A stretch of DNA of 64,000 bases from assembly GCA_907165135.1 (NCBI GenBank), contig OU015566.1, forward strand, positions 11,656,001-11,720,000, given 5' to 3'. Positions 50,201 to 64,000 of this stretch are shown here, piece after piece. The notes beneath the pieces were generated by a model. That model was not told where the DNA came from and made no database searches. It was given only the letters and a program-made list of their open reading frames with translations. Source of the DNA: Oikopleura dioica (Eukaryota > Animalia > Chordata). Position numbers and translations under genes: made by a program. The first letter of the stretch is position 1; each line of letters starts with the position of its first letter.

Positions 50201-53200
50201 AAAGCGTACAAAGAATACATTGATGAGATGGTCATCGATGGTTTCTTCAACGGCATTATCACTTCTCTTGAATTCATGCAAGAAAACATGTGCAAGGAGG
50301 TCTCACCATTCTTTGCTTCTGAACTTGAATTGCGATCGCCCGACATGGTCTTCCAACCATCTCTTGACGAAAAGGTGCACAATGGCTTCTACGATCTCAT
50401 TGAAGGTCTTCTAGCTGACATTTACCACATTGCATCTCTCGTCACCCGAGTTGCAGGAGAAGACAATTACCAGAACTTGATGGAAGATAATGATATGCTC
50501 AACGATCTTCGCAGCGATATCATGGGCCGAGTCACGAAGGTCATGAACGACGCCAACAATTTCTGCGACAACTTTGAAGTCTACTCTAATCTCTGGATTG
50601 ACGATCGACAGGAATTCCTCAACCAGTTCCTTACCTACGGTCACATTCTCACCCAAGAAGAGATCGAAGCGCACGGAGCCGAAGGTGTTCCAGAAAATCC
50701 ACCAGAGCTCAGCCAGTTCAAAGAACAAATCGACTCTTACGAAGATCTTTACTCTCAAGTCTCGGCATTCTCTGCTATTGAAATCTTTGATGGTTGGTTC
50801 CGAGTCTCGATCAAGCCTTTCAAACAGTCTCTCCTCAACATCATCAAGAAATGGTCTTACATGTTCAAGGAGCACCTTATCAGACACATCGAAAACTCTC
50901 TTGCCGATCTTCAAGAATTCATCGTCAAGACCGACGAAGGACTCAAGAGCGAAGTCGTTGAGGGTGACTTTGACGGATTGGTCAACATCATGGGCTACAT
51001 CATTGCTTGTAAAGACCGTATCGAATCTACCGACAATATGTTTGCTCCATTGAAGGCAACCATCGAGCTTCTTAAAACTTACAACCACGAAATGCCGGAA
51101 TCTGTCTACAAACAGCTCTCGGATCTCCCAGAAAAATGGAACAACACCAAAAAGATCATGGTCTCGACCAAACAAGAAGTTGCTCCTCTGCAAGCAGTCG
51201 AAATGGCTGACATTCGAAAGAAATGTGCTGCCTTTGACGTTAAGCAATACGAACACCGAGAAGTCTTCCGAAAGCTTCCTATGTTCCAGTTCTCTTGTGA
51301 CGCACCATATGATGAGATCAACATTGCCAACAGAGAACTCAATGCTATGGAAGAATACATGGCTCAGCTTAGCCAAAACGCCAATCTCTTCGAGGTGAAT
51401 GTTCCTGAGTTCAAACAGCTCAAACAATCGCGAAAAGATATCGGTCTCGTCAAGGAAGTTTGGGATCTTACCAACATCGTTACATCGTCAATGACTGAAT
51501 GGAAAAAAACCCTTTGGGCTGACATCAATGTAGAAACTATGGAAACTGACACGAAGAGATTCGCGAAAGATATCCGAAAAGTCGACAAAGAAGCACGATC
51601 ATGGGATGTGTTCAACGGCCTTGAAACTGCTGTCAAGAATATGATCACTTCTCTACGAGTTGTCGGTGAGCTCCAGAATCCATCCATTCGAGATCGACAT
51701 TGGCATCAGCTCATGAACGCCACTGGCGTCCGATTCACTATGGACGAGAAAACTAATCTCAACGATCTTCTCAAGCTCAATCTGCACGAGTTTGAAGACA
51801 CTGTCCGAGAAATTGTCGACAAATCCGTCAAAGAATTGGGTATGGAGAAGATGCTTCAAGATCTCGAGGCCACCTGGTCAGTCATGGTCTTTGAAACCGA
51901 TGAGCACACTCGAACCAAAACTATTCTTATCAAGTCAACCGAAGAACTTGTTGAAACTCTTGAAGACAACCAAGTTCAGCTCCAAAACTTGATGACATCG
52001 AAATACATTGCTCACTTCCTCGAGGAAGTCTCTGGATGGCAGAAGAAACTCTCGACTACTGATTCCGTTATGACAATCTGGCTTGAAGTCCAGCGAACCT
52101 GGTCTTACTTGGAGTCAATTTTCATCGGCTCTGAAGATATTCGTCGACAGCTTCCCGAAGATTCTCAGCGTTTCGATGGAATCGACAAGGATTTCAAAGC
52201 TTGCATGGAAGACGCAAAGTCAAATCTCAACGTTGTCTACGCTACTAACAAGGCTGGCCTTTATGAACAACTCGAGTCAATGCAAGATCGACTTACACTT
52301 TGTGAGAAATCTCTTGCTGAGTACCTTGAGACCAAACGATTGGCTTTCCCTCGATTCTATTTCGTCTCTTCTACAGATCTTTTGGATATTCTTTCCAATG
52401 GAAACAACCCAAGAGTCATCGCTGGTCATCTTGCAAAACTGTTCGATAATACCACCGATTTGAAGTTTGCAAGTGACACCTCCAAAATGGCCGTTGGTAT
52501 GTACTCCTCTGAGCGAGAATATGTCGATTTCAACGAAGAGTGCGATTGCGATGGACAAGTTGAGATCTGGCTCAACAGAGTTATGGCTAGTATGAGAGCA
52601 ACCATTCGAGCTCTTCTTTCTGATGCTGTTCAAACTTACGAAGAAAAACCTCGAGAAAAATGGCTGTTCGACTACGCCGCGCAAGTCTCTCTTACTGTCA
52701 CGCAAATTTGGTGGACAACTGAAGTCGGTCTGGCTTTCGGTCGACTTGAAGAAGGTTATGAAAACTCGATGAAGGACTACAGCAAGAAACAGATTCAGCA
52801 GCTCAACAATCTCATCACTCTTCTTCTCGGTGACTTGACCAAGGGTGATCGACAGAAGATTATGACTATCTGTACCATTGATGTGCACGCTCGAGATGTC
52901 GTCCTTGGTTTGATTGCAAACAAGACTGAAAATTCTCAGGACTTCATTTGGCAGCGACAGCTTCGAGCTCGATGGGCTGATGCCGAAGGCCATGCATACA
53001 TCAACGTCTGTGATGCCCAGTTCTTGTATTCTTATGAATACCTTGGTAACACTCCTCGACTCGTCGTCACTCCTCTTACCGATAGATGCTACGTTACCCT
53101 TACGCAGTCACTTCACTTGATCATGGGTGGTGCTCCTGCTGGTCCCGCTGGTACCGGAAAGACCGAAACAACCAAGGATCTTGGTCGAGCTCTCGGTATC

Positions 53201-56200
53201 ATGGTCTACGTCTTCAACTGTTCCGAACAGATGGATTACAAATCCGTCGGTGCCATTTACAAGGGTCTCGCACAGGCTGGTGCCTGGGGATGCTTCGATG
53301 AGTTCAACCGAATTTCCGTCGAAGTGTTGTCTGTCATCGCCGTCCAGGTCAAATGTATCCAGGATGCCATTCGAGACAAGAAAGAACGATTCATCTTTGA
53401 AGGATGCGATATCAGCCTTGTCCCGTCCGTTGGTATTTTCATTACTATGAACCCTGGTTACGCCGGTCGAACGGAATTGCCAGAAAACTTGAAGGCCCTT
53501 TTCCGACCATGCGCTATGGTCGTCCCCGATTTCGAGTTGATTGCCGAAAACATGTTGCTTGCTGAAGGTTTCTTGGACGCCAAGTATTTGGCGAAGAAGT
53601 TCATCACACTTTACACTCTTTGCAAAGAATTGCTTTCCAAGCAAGATCATTACGATTGGGGTCTCCGAGCTATCAAGTCTGTCCTCGTCGTTGCTGGTGC
53701 CCTCAAGCGATCTGATCGTGGCCGACCTGAAGATGAGGTTCTCATGAGAGCCCTTCGAGATTTCAATGTTCCCAAGATCGTCACTGATGATATGCCCGTC
53801 TTCCTTGGTCTTATCGGTGATCTTTTCCCATCAATGGATGTCCCAAGAAAGCGTCTTCCAGAACTCGAGGCGATGGTCAAACAATCCGTCACAGATCTCA
53901 AGCTTCAGGCCGAAGACTCCTTCTGCCTCAAGGTCGTCCAGCTCGAGGAATTGCTCAACGTCCGTCACTCCGTTTTCGTCATCGGTAACGCCGGTACTGG
54001 TAAATCGAAGATTCTTGCTTCACTCCAAAAGACATACGCAAATATGAAACGAAAACCAGTCTGTGTTGATTTGAACCCCAAGGCCGTCACAAACGATGAG
54101 CTTTTCGGTGTTATTAATCCAGCCACTCGAGAATGGAAAGATGGTCTCTTCTCTTGCATCATGCGAGATATGGCTCTCATCGCTCACGACGGTCCAAAAT
54201 GGATTCTCCTCGATGGTGATATCGATCCTATGTGGATTGAGTCTTTGAATACTGTTATGGACGATAACAAGGTCTTGACGCTTGCGTCTAACGAACGTAT
54301 TCCTTTGAACAGCACAATGCGACTGCTTTTCGAAATTTCCAATCTTCGAACTGCTACTCCCGCTACTGTCTCACGAGCCGGTATTCTCTTCTTGAACCCC
54401 GCTGATTTGGGTTGGAATCCTATCGTTACCTCTTGGATCGACACACGTGAAGTTCAAGCTGAGCGAGCTAACATGATCATTCTCTTTGAAAAATATGTTC
54501 CACCATGTATTGAAGCTCTCCGTACCAAATTCAAGACAATCACTCCCATTCCAGAAACCGCCTACCTCAACTCTCTGTGCTACCTGCTCGAGTGCTTGTT
54601 GACTCCTGAAAATGTTCCTGATGGGTCACCAAAGGATATCTACGAGCTTTACTTTGTCTGGGCTTGCGTCTGGGCTTTTGGTGGAGCTTTGTTCCAGGAT
54701 CAGATCGTCGATCATCGAGTCGAATTCACCAAGTGGTGGGCTGCAGAATTCAAAACCATCAAATTCCCCTCTCAGGGAACTGTTTTCGACTACTACATTG
54801 CTGAAGACAAGCGATTTGTTCACTGGTCTGAGATGTCAGCTGAAGAAAAATTCGTCTTCGATCCGGATATGCCACTCCAGGCTACAATGGTTCCAACAGC
54901 CGAAACTACTCGAGTTCGATTCTTTATGGACATGCTAATGGAACGTAAACGGCCCGTCATGTTGGTCGGTAACGCTGGTTCTGGTAAGACTGTATTGATT
55001 CAGTCCAAGCTCAACTCTCTTGGCGATGACTTTGTTGTTGCCAATGTTCCCTTTAACTTCTACACTACATCTATGATGTTGCAAGGTGTTCTCGAGAAGC
55101 CTCTTGAAAAGAAAGCTGGTCGAAATTTCGGTCCTCCTGGATCAAAGCGACTTGTCTACTTCATTGACGATATGAACATGCCCGAAGTCGATACTTACGG
55201 CACTGTGCAGCCTCACACTCTCATTCGACAACACTTGGACTACTCTCACTGGTATGATCGAGCCAAGCTTTCTCTCAAAGAAATCCACAACTGTCAGTAC
55301 GTTTCGTGTATGAACCCTACCGCTGGTTCTTTCACCATCAATCCTCGACTTCAACGACACTTCTCCGTTTTCGCCATCTCTTTCCCTGGTCTCGATGCTT
55401 TGGAATCGATCTACAAGCAGATCTTCGACCAGCATTTGAGCATGAACAAATTCAACGCTAACTGCACGAAAATTGTCGAGCCTCTTATCAAAGCGGCACT
55501 TGCTGTTCACACGAAGGTTTCTACTACTTTCCTTCCAACGGCCATCAAGTTCCACTACATTTTTAACCTTCGAGATTTATCAAACATCTTCCAGGGTATG
55601 CTTTTCTCTGGCACAGATGTGTTCAAGACTCCTGCCTCCATTGCTCGACTTTACATGCACGAAGCGACTCGAGTCTACTGTGATAAATTCACGGAGAAGA
55701 CCGATATCGAAACATACGAAGGCCTTCTCCAGGAAATCTGCAAGAAAGAATTTGGCGATCTCGATCAAGAGGAACTTTTCGCTCAGCCTCTTAAATTCTG
55801 TCACTTTGCTCAAGGAGTCGGAGAGCCAAAATATGCTGCCATTGATAGCTGGGAAGGAATCAATAAGATTCTTACCGAAGCTCTCGACAGCTACAATGAT
55901 GTCAATGCCGCCATGAATCTTGTTCTTTTCGAAGACGCCATGAGCCATATCTTGCGAATCAGTCGAATCTTGGAAATGCCTCGTGGAAATGCTCTTCTCG
56001 TTGGTGTTGGTGGTTCAGGAAAGCAGTCGCTTTCACGACTAGCCGCCTTTATCTCAAGTTTGGACGTATTCCAAATTCAATTGCGAAAGGGCTACAGCAT
56101 CTCTGATCTCAAGGTCGACCTTGCATCTCAGTATATCAAGGCTGGTGTCAAGAATCAACCTGTTATGTTCCTCATGACAGACGCTCAAGTGCCTCAGGAA

Positions 56201-59200
56201 GATTTCCTCGTCCTTATCAACGATTTACTGGCTTCTGGTGAAATTCCGGATCTGTTTGCTGATGATGAATTGGAAGAAATTATTTCTGGCGTCCGAAACG
56301 ATGTAAAAGCAACTGGAATGGAAGATTCAAGAGAAAACTGTTGGTCATTCTTCATTGAACGAGTTCGAAGACAACTCAAGGTCGTTCTTTGCTTTTCACC
56401 AGTCGGTGTTAAACTTCGAGTCCGAGCACGAAAGTTCCCAGCTCTTGTCAACTGCACTTCGATTGATTGGTTCCACGAGTGGCCCGCTGATGCCCTACGA
56501 TCTGTATCACTTCGATTGCTCAATGAAATCGAAGAAGTACCCGCGGAACTCAAGGTCTCGGTATCTGAATTTATGGCATTCGTCCATACGACTGTGAATG
56601 AAAAATCCAATCAGTATCTTGAAAACGACAGAAAATACAACTACACGACTCCAAAGTCGTTCTTGGAGCAGATCAAACTCTATGAAAATCTTTTGCGAGC
56701 GAAAAAGAAAGAACTTCTCGCAAAAATGGAACGTTTGGAAAATGGTCTCCAGAAACTTCAATCTACTGCTGCTCAGGTCGACGATCTCAAGGGAAAACTG
56801 GCCTCGCAAGAAGTTGAGTTGAAGATCAAAAACGAAAATGCTGATAAACTTATTGTCGAAGTCGGTATCAAAACCGAAATTGTCGAGAAAGAAAAGGCCT
56901 TCGCCGAAGTTGAGGAAGAAAAAGTCGCTGTTATCAACAAAGAAGTCTCCATCAAAAGAGAAGATTGTGAACGTGATCTTGCCGCCGCCGAACCAGCCCT
57001 TGTTGCTGCCCAAGAAGCCTTGAACACTTTGAACAAGAATAACTTGACTGAGTTGAAGTCCTTCGGTTCTCCACCACCTGCCGTTGTCAACGTCGTTTCT
57101 GGTGTCATGGTCCTTCTCGCTCCTGGCGGAAAGGTTCCAAAAGATCGATCATGGAAGGCCGCCAAATCTACCACCATGGCTAACGTTGGTCAGTTCCTCG
57201 ACGCCCTTGTTAATTATGACAAAGAAAACATCCCCGAGACTTGTCTCAAGGCTATTCAGCCTTACCTCGACGATCCTGATTTCAACCCTGAGTTTATCAA
57301 GGCCAAGTCATCTGCTGGTGCCGGTCTTTGTTCGTGGGTCATCAATATTGTCTCTTTCTACCGAATCTTCTGTGACGTCGAGCCCAAGCGTAATGCGCTC
57401 GCTCAGGCCAACGCCGATCTCGCTGCTGCTACTGAGAAACTCGAAGGTATCAGAGCTAAACTCAAGGAACTCAACGACAACATGGCCGAGCTTAACGCCA
57501 AGTTCGAAAAGGCAACGAACGATAAACTTCGTTGTCAGCAAGAAGCCGATGCAACTCAAGCTACCATCTCTCTCGCCAATCGACTTGTCGGTGGTCTCGC
57601 CTCCGAAAATGTCCGATGGGCCGAGTCCGTTGCTCTTTTCAAAGAACAGGAGAAAATGCTTCCTGGTGATGTCTTGCTCATTACAGCTTTCGTCTCTTAC
57701 TTCGGTTACTTCACCAAGAAATATCGAGTTGAGATGATGAACGAGTGTTTCTTGCCCTTCATCGGAAAACTTTCAACTCCTATCCCTATCACTCCAGATC
57801 TCGACCCAATTTCTATGTTGACCGATGATGCTGATGTCGCTTCCTGGAACAACGAAGGTCTCCCAGCCGATCGTATGTCCAAAGAAAATGCTACCATTCT
57901 TTGCAACTGTGAGCGATGGCCACTTATGGTTGATCCTCAGCTCCAGGGTATCAAGTGGATCAAGAAACGATATGAAGGAAAACAATTCCAAATTGTTCGA
58001 CTTGGAACACGAGGTTACCTCGAAACCATTGAAAGATCAGTGTCAAATGGTGATGTGGTTTTGATTGAGAATCTTCCTGAATACACCGATCCCGTCCTTG
58101 ATCCTTTGCTTGGACGAAACACCATTAAAAAGGGTCGATACATCAAAATTGGTGACAAGGAAGTCGACTACCATCCCAACTTCAAACTCATTCTTCACAC
58201 CAAATTGGCCAATCCTCATTACCAGCCCGAAATGCAGGCCCAGTGTACTCTGATCAACTTTACCGTCACTCGAGAAGGTCTTGAAGATCAGCTCCTCGCT
58301 GATGTCGTCCGTGCTGAACGTCCTGATCTCGAAGAGCTCAAGGCTGAACTCACCACACAACAGAATGAGTTTAAGATTACTTTGAAGAGACTCGAAGATG
58401 ATCTCCTCGCTCGTCTGTCTTCTGCTTCTGGAAATTTCCTCGGCGACACTGCACTTGTCGAAAATCTCGAAATTACCAAGAAGACTGCTACAGAAATTGA
58501 GGTGAAAGTCAAGGAAGCAAAGGTTACCGAACAGAACATTAACGAAGCTCGTGAGCACTATCGATCTGCTGCTAACCGAGCCTCGCTTCTCTATTTCATT
58601 CTTGATGATCTCAACAAGATTCATCCCATGTACCAGTTCTCTCTCAAGGCCTTCAACGTCGTCTTTGCCAAGTCCATCGAGAAAGCCGAAAAAGCTGAAC
58701 AGGTCAAACAGCGAGTCAACAACCTTATTGACTCCGTCACCTTCTCCGTTTACGTCTACGCCACTCGAGGTCTCTTCGAAAAGGACAAGCTTACCTTTAC
58801 CGCGCAAGTCGCTTTCCAGATCTTGCTCAACAAAGGTGAAATCAACCCAGCCGAGCTGGACTTCCTTCTCCGATTCCCTGCTAAGCCCGATCAAGGATCA
58901 CCAGTTGATTTCTTGTCCAACATTGGTTGGGGCGGTGTCAAGACTCTGTCTGACATGGAAGAATTCCGCGGTCTCGATCGAGATATTGAAGGATCTGCTA
59001 AGCGATGGAAGAAATTCATCGAATCTGAATGTCCCGAGAAGGAAAAATTCCCTCAAGAATGGAAGAGCAAGTCATCACTTCAGAAACTCTGCATGATGCG
59101 TTGCTTCCGACCTGATCGAATGACATACGCAGTAACCGAGTTTATCGGTGAGAAACTTCACCCCAAGTACACAGAAAATCGAGCTGTTCCTTTCGCTACT

Positions 59201-61038
59201 TCATATGAAGAAACCGGTCCTGGAACTCCTTGCTTCTTCATTCTCTCCCCTGGTGTCGATCCCCTCAAGGATGTCGAGGCTGTCGGTAAGAAAATCGGCT
59301 TTACTTTCGACAAGCGAAACTTCCACAACGTCTCTCTTGGTCAAGGTCAAGAAATCGTCGCTGAGCAGGCCATGGAACTTGCTGCTAAAGAAGGTCACTG
59401 GGTCATTCTTCAGAACGTCCATCTGGTCTCTAAGTGGCTTCCAACTCTTGAAAAGCTCCTTGAAAACTACGCCATCGGATCTCACCCTGATTTCCGAATG
59501 TATCTTTCTGCTGAGCCTGCTGGTACTCGAGAGTCTCACATTATGCCTCAGGGTATTCTTGAGAACTCCATCAAGATTACCAACGAACCTCCAACCGGTA
59601 TCCTTGCCAATCTCCACAAGGCCCTCGATAACTTCGATCAAGAAACCATGGAATCTTGCTCGCGAGAGAACGAGTTCAAGTCAATCCTCAACTCAGTCTG
59701 CTACTTCCACGCTGTTGTTTGTGAACGACGAAAGTTCGGACCTCAAGGTTGGAACCGACCATACCCATTCAACGTTGGTGATCTTACAATTTCCATTGAC
59801 GTCCTTCGAAACTATTTGGAGGTCAACTCCAAGGTCCCATGGGACGATCTTCGATACCTCTTTGGCGAGATTATGTACGGTGGACATATTACTGATGATT
59901 GGGATCGACGTCTTTGCCGAACCTATCTTCAGGAATACATGCACCCCGATCAGCTTGAAGGTGAGCTCTACCTCGCTCCTGGCTACGCTGTTCCATCTAA
60001 CATGGACTACAACGGTTACCACGCTTACGTCAACGAAAACTTGCCTCCAGAGTCTCCATACTTGTATGGCCTTCACCCCAACGCTGAAATTGGTGTGTTG
60101 ACGAAGACTTCCGAAGAACTCTTCCGAACATTGCTTGAAATGCAGCCTAAGGATTCTGGCGGATCTGGTTCTGGCGCGATGACCATGGAAGAAAAGGTCA
60201 AACAAATGCTTGACGATATCATGGAAAAACTCCCCGACGAGTTCAACCTCTACGAAATGCAAAGCAAGGTCGAAGAAATCACTCCATACACTGTTGTTGC
60301 CCTTCAGGAATGCGAGCGTATGAATCTTCTGATCAACGAAATCCGTCGATCGCTCAAGGCCGTGAACTTGGGTCTCAAGGGTGAACTGACAATCACTCCT
60401 CAAATGGAAGCGCTCATGAATGCCTTTTTCGTCGATCAGGTTCCCGAAACTTGGCAGAAACGAGCCTACCCATCTATGCTTGGTTTGACCGCCTGGTATG
60501 GTGACTTGCTCAACAGAATCAAGGACCTCGACGCTTGGTCCGCTGACTTCGTCATGCCCAACTCTCTCTGGCTTGGTGGTCTCTTCAACCCTCAGTCCTT
60601 CCTTACTGCTATTATGCAGTCGATGGCGCGAAAGAACGAATGGCCTCTGGATAAAATGGCTCTGTCCGTCGATGTCCTCAAGAAAGCCAAGGACGATATC
60701 AACGCTCCTCCACGAGAAGGTGCTTACATCCACGGTTTGTTCATGGAAGGTGCTCGATGGGATACTCAAGCTGGTTCGATCAACGAGTCCAAACTCAAGG
60801 AACTCACCCCAGCCATGCCTGTTCTCTTCGTCAAGGCTGTCCCCATTGGTAAGTTTGTCGCATGAAATGAAGTCTCATTTTGATTTTAGACCGTCTTGAA
60901 ACCAAGAACATGTACGAGTGCCCCGTCTACAAGACCCGAGACCGAGGACCAAACTACGTCTGGACCTTCAACCTCAAGACCAAGGAGTCCGCAAACAAGT
61001 GGGTCCTTGGTGGCGTCGCACTTCTCCTCGCCGACTAA
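47236..61038 (+). CDS. DNAH9/11/17: Axonemal outer-arm dynein heavy chain (DNAH9/11/17 beta-type), 7 exons
   Basis: P-loops [33 protein letters not shown]; [12 protein letters not shown]; C-terminus [26 protein letters not shown]...[11 protein letters not shown]. The N-terminus [25 protein letters not shown] fits the DNAH9/17 clade. Confidence 0.97.
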
Positions 61039-61400
61039 AATTTCTATATATTCTCTATCTATTTAAAGCTTATTATTTAATCTCTAAACCTGTACTCTCT
61101 TTTTATCACCATAATTAACCCAATTTCGGCCTCCAAATTTTCTTCAATTCGATTTAATAAATTCCAAATTCATAAAAACTCCCGCTCAAGGGATAAGCCC
61201 TGTTCACGCTTATGGCTAATCCTTTGAGCTCGTATGGCATTATTGGTAGATTTAGGTGTGATTGTGGTTCGTTCGTAGTTATGTCGTTTGATGTTATATT
61301 TGATGGGATGGACAGAACGAGAAGTAATTTGACAGTTGTGTAACAAAGTTGAGATGTCATATCCTAATGATGATGAGATCTGGAGGCGGACTCTTCTATT

Positions 61401-61758
61401 TTATGAACCAAGTCTGTTGTATTTTGACCACATGTGCATTATGAAGACTGAACCGATGAAAAGGAGTGATACCACTAGAACTGGAACCGGTCCAATCTTA
61501 ATTCGATTCAAGATTAAAATTCATTTTTGCTTGTAATAAAAAAAAAGAAAAAAGTTTACCTTCATTCCAGGAGAATCTCCAGAGTAAAATTTCCACATGC
61601 TCTCTTGAATGTTTCCTTGATTCGCATTTGGGGTTCCTCTGTTCGCATTTTGCACTCGTTTCCTTATCTGTGCTTTGGTTATCGCTGGTGATGGTTCTCC
61701 TTGACTCTCGCTAGAAATTTATTTAGTTGTTGAATAATAACGAGGCGAAAAACCTCAT
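61401..61758 (-). CDS. SEC61B: Sec61 translocon beta subunit, three exons (missing from the ORF track)
   Basis: [20 protein letters not shown]...[13 protein letters not shown]|[31 protein letters not shown]. Matches the Sec61-beta motif [39 protein letters not shown]. Confidence 0.93.
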
Positions 61759-62299
61759 TTTTGCTGAAAAAAGTAAAGCCGCTACGGGAAAGAAAGCAAA
61801 AGTGGGAAAGAAACCGGGTTGAAGTCGGACAAAGAAATCGATAATCACGTAGGCCAATTTGAAAGCCAGCGATAGATCTATATCCATCTTCTGGCAACGT
61901 GTTTGCCCATGGTCCATCGATATAAGTGCATTTCCGTCCAGCGAAAATTAAAGCCTTAAAATCCTTATAAAGAAAAAGTCCTTCCGGAATCCAGACCACC
62001 CACGTTTAAAATTTGAGTGCTTCATTTCCGGACATAACGTGTTGATATTTTTGGGCAATCCAATATAATCCTCCTTCGAATTCTATTAAATCATGAAATA
62101 TAATCGCAGATGATCATAGCGCCCTCCATCAATCCTTCAGTGCTCTATTGAAGAAAGGGTGAGTTAAAATTTTCATCCGAACTTTTCCGAAGAGAAATTC
62201 ATTTTTTCAACGATGAGAATTCTCCTTTTGCTTTTTCTGATCGGTAAAGAAAATAATATTTTTGTCGACAATCATAATTTTTAAGCTCTTGGGCAAAAA

Positions 62300-63319
62300 A
62301 TGGACAAGGAAACAAAGCTCCAAAAGAAAGAAGAGAGGAAACGCCTAAAGAAAGAACTCAAAGAAAAGGTTGAACAGCGATAAATCTTTGTGCAAACAGT
62401 TTTTTCAGGAAAAATTAGCGAAGAAGGCGAAGAAAAAAGGACCCAAGTTCCAGGTCAATCTAAAGTCTGCTGATAGCATACCAACCCCAGTGGAAGAAGA
62501 ACAGGCTATTGATGAAGCCGAAAGCAGGCTCAACTACACAGAATTTGTCAAGCAATATTCTAAAGCTGTCACGGATCTGGGGATGCGAGAAACGATGACG
62601 AATTATTTGATAAATGAGGGCTCGGAAAGAAATATGCTCTGGTCCCTACGAAACAAGGTTTTTCTCTATACTTGCTTTCAGCTGTCTTTACTTTTTAGTT
62701 TGAGCTTCAAAATCAAGCAAAAAGCTTTCTTCTGGGAAAACGCATTCCCGTTCCTTTTGCTCAGGGAAAAATTGACGTAAGCAATTGTTAATTTTCAACT
62801 TCAAAATTTCACTTTTCCAGCGATTTCCAACCGACCCAACGATGAGCTGCTTCCAGTGCGATGAAAAGGACACCGATGCTTGTTGGAGAAAAGGTAAGGA
62901 GCAAATCTGCCACGGCGCAAATCACGTGTGCCAGATCGAGGTAAGAAAGCGCTTCGGCAGAACGGAGCGCATCAGCATGGGATGCAAGCAGCTCAAAGCT
63001 TGCCAGGACAACAAGTTTCAAAATTTCAACCAGAAGCCGGACACGCCAACGAAAGATATTGGGCTGATTATTGACTATCAGTGTAATCCGATTGACTATG
63101 GAAGTGAAAGTACTTGCAGGTAAAAGTTTCTCCGATAGTCAAAAAAGAATAGCTGATAAATCATAAGCTATACTTGCTACACTCTTTCTTAGCCTTCAGA
63201 AAAGTTCTCAAGAGTTCTATTCATAATTCAGACAATGCTGCACGACGAAAAACTGTAATCGTTACTACAATTGGGACAGTTTCCTGACGATGTACGATTG
63301 GGACACGACTCTTCCTTGA
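62300..63319 (+). CDS. Protein with Lys/Glu-rich N-terminal part and C-terminal 12-Cys three-finger (LU/Ly6)-like domain; true start uncertain
   Basis: Four exons in frame: CFQC...C...C...CQIEVR...GCKQLKAC...QC...CRQCCTTKNCN. The terminal CCxxxxCN is the three-finger motif. Confidence 0.7.
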
Positions 63320-63509
63320 TTCCAAAAATCGCTCTTCCAAAATCTTCTGTACAAAGCTTGATAGATTATTTCTGTAAAATAAAATAGCGCTGAAAATTAT
63401 GACAATCATCATGAACTTTATTTTGGTGTTGTCCTGGGGCTGAGATTTACAGTATAGTTTCAAGTCAAGGCACGTGCAAAATTAAATGCTCGGGAGTTGT
63501 AAATAACAG

Positions 63510-64000
63510 TCAGTATTGCTGCGGCGCGACCGATGATTTTACGAAGCGGTTCCTTTTCCAAAACGGCCGCAAGAGGCGAAAATTATTCGAATCATAGCGC
63601 AAACCTAACAAATTAGAACAAAATTTTCTTGTCCAAATTTTACCTTTAGTATCGACGATCGGCCCGTGATCGAAAATCGAGGGAACATTAGGCGGAATAA
63701 CTGTTTCACTTGTATCAATACTCGGCCTGTCGAAACAGAAGACCATCACGGGAAATTCGTTTTGTGGCAAATTTTCTGACACCGTAATAATATGATGGTC
63801 TGAGCTTCTTCTAGCAGTTTTGTAGGCTTCGGAGTCTTGATTTTCAGGAATATAAGCTTTTGTAGGGCGAATTGGTATTGGACTTGAATTATGAGGAGTT
63901 ATGGGCGTTCGAGGAACATCGAGACTAGAAGACTACGATAAATATCCTTTTCATTACAAAAAAAACGGTACCTGAGAGCACCAAAACTATCCACTGATTC
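63510..64000 (-). CDS. 3' part of an unidentified gene truncated by the window edge
   Basis: GT-AG-joined exons read ...FGALS|LDVPRTPITP...GPIVDTK|GLRYDSNNF...APQQY*. Confidence 0.45.

Noticed and set aside
49055-60769. Many 60-360 aa ORFs antisense or out of frame within the dynein CDS, and similar ones over SLC4, AP2A, Dvl and tektin
   Set aside because: Shadow ORFs caused by codon bias of the real genes; no recognisable motifs.
10873-61038. Apparent clustering of ciliary genes (tektin, IFT52, dynein heavy chain)
   Set aside because: They are interspersed with unrelated genes over 50 kb, and ciliary genes are numerous, so chance is adequate.
61870-62190. Possible tiny minus-strand gene upstream of Sec61-beta (MKILTHPFFNRALK|NSKEDYIGLPKN...|RFNFRWTEMH...)
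   Set aside because: Needs guessed splice sites, has no recognisable motif, and overlaps candidate 5' exons of the + strand gene.
1-64000. Prokaryotic features (CRISPR arrays, IS elements, rRNA)
   Set aside because: None seen; the window is spliceosomal-intron-containing animal DNA.

Overview
Compact, AT-rich eukaryotic (animal) DNA, not prokaryotic. Introns are mostly 35-150 nt, several have GA-AG ends, and unpaired splice acceptors sit 0-30 nt before start codons. Together with chordate-like genes, this best fits an appendicularian tunicate such as Oikopleura dioica (inference). I assembled gene models by hand from splice signals and recognisable motifs, so exon edges may be off by a few nt. 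Positions 376-37180 hold nine co-oriented minus-strand genes: SLC4 transporter, twinfilin, CASK (with a tektin nested antisense in intron 2), IFT52, AP2 alpha-adaptin, TIA1/TIAR, an orphan, Dishevelled and a mucin-LAMP protein. Next come a GT31 glycosyltransferase (+), an intronless ZP protein (-), IVD (-), a small cystine-knot ligand-like gene (-), an outer-arm dynein heavy chain with an 11.8-kb exon (+), Sec61-beta (-) and a three-finger/LU-like protein (+). Mobile DNA comprises two TTAA-flanked MITEs, one TA-flanked MITE and two tRNA-headed SINE-like copies. The strongest leads are twinfilin with two alternative last exons (canonical tail versus a CaaX tail), a divergent furin-processed cystine-knot ligand, and end-to-end base-pairing in all six GA-donor introns found.
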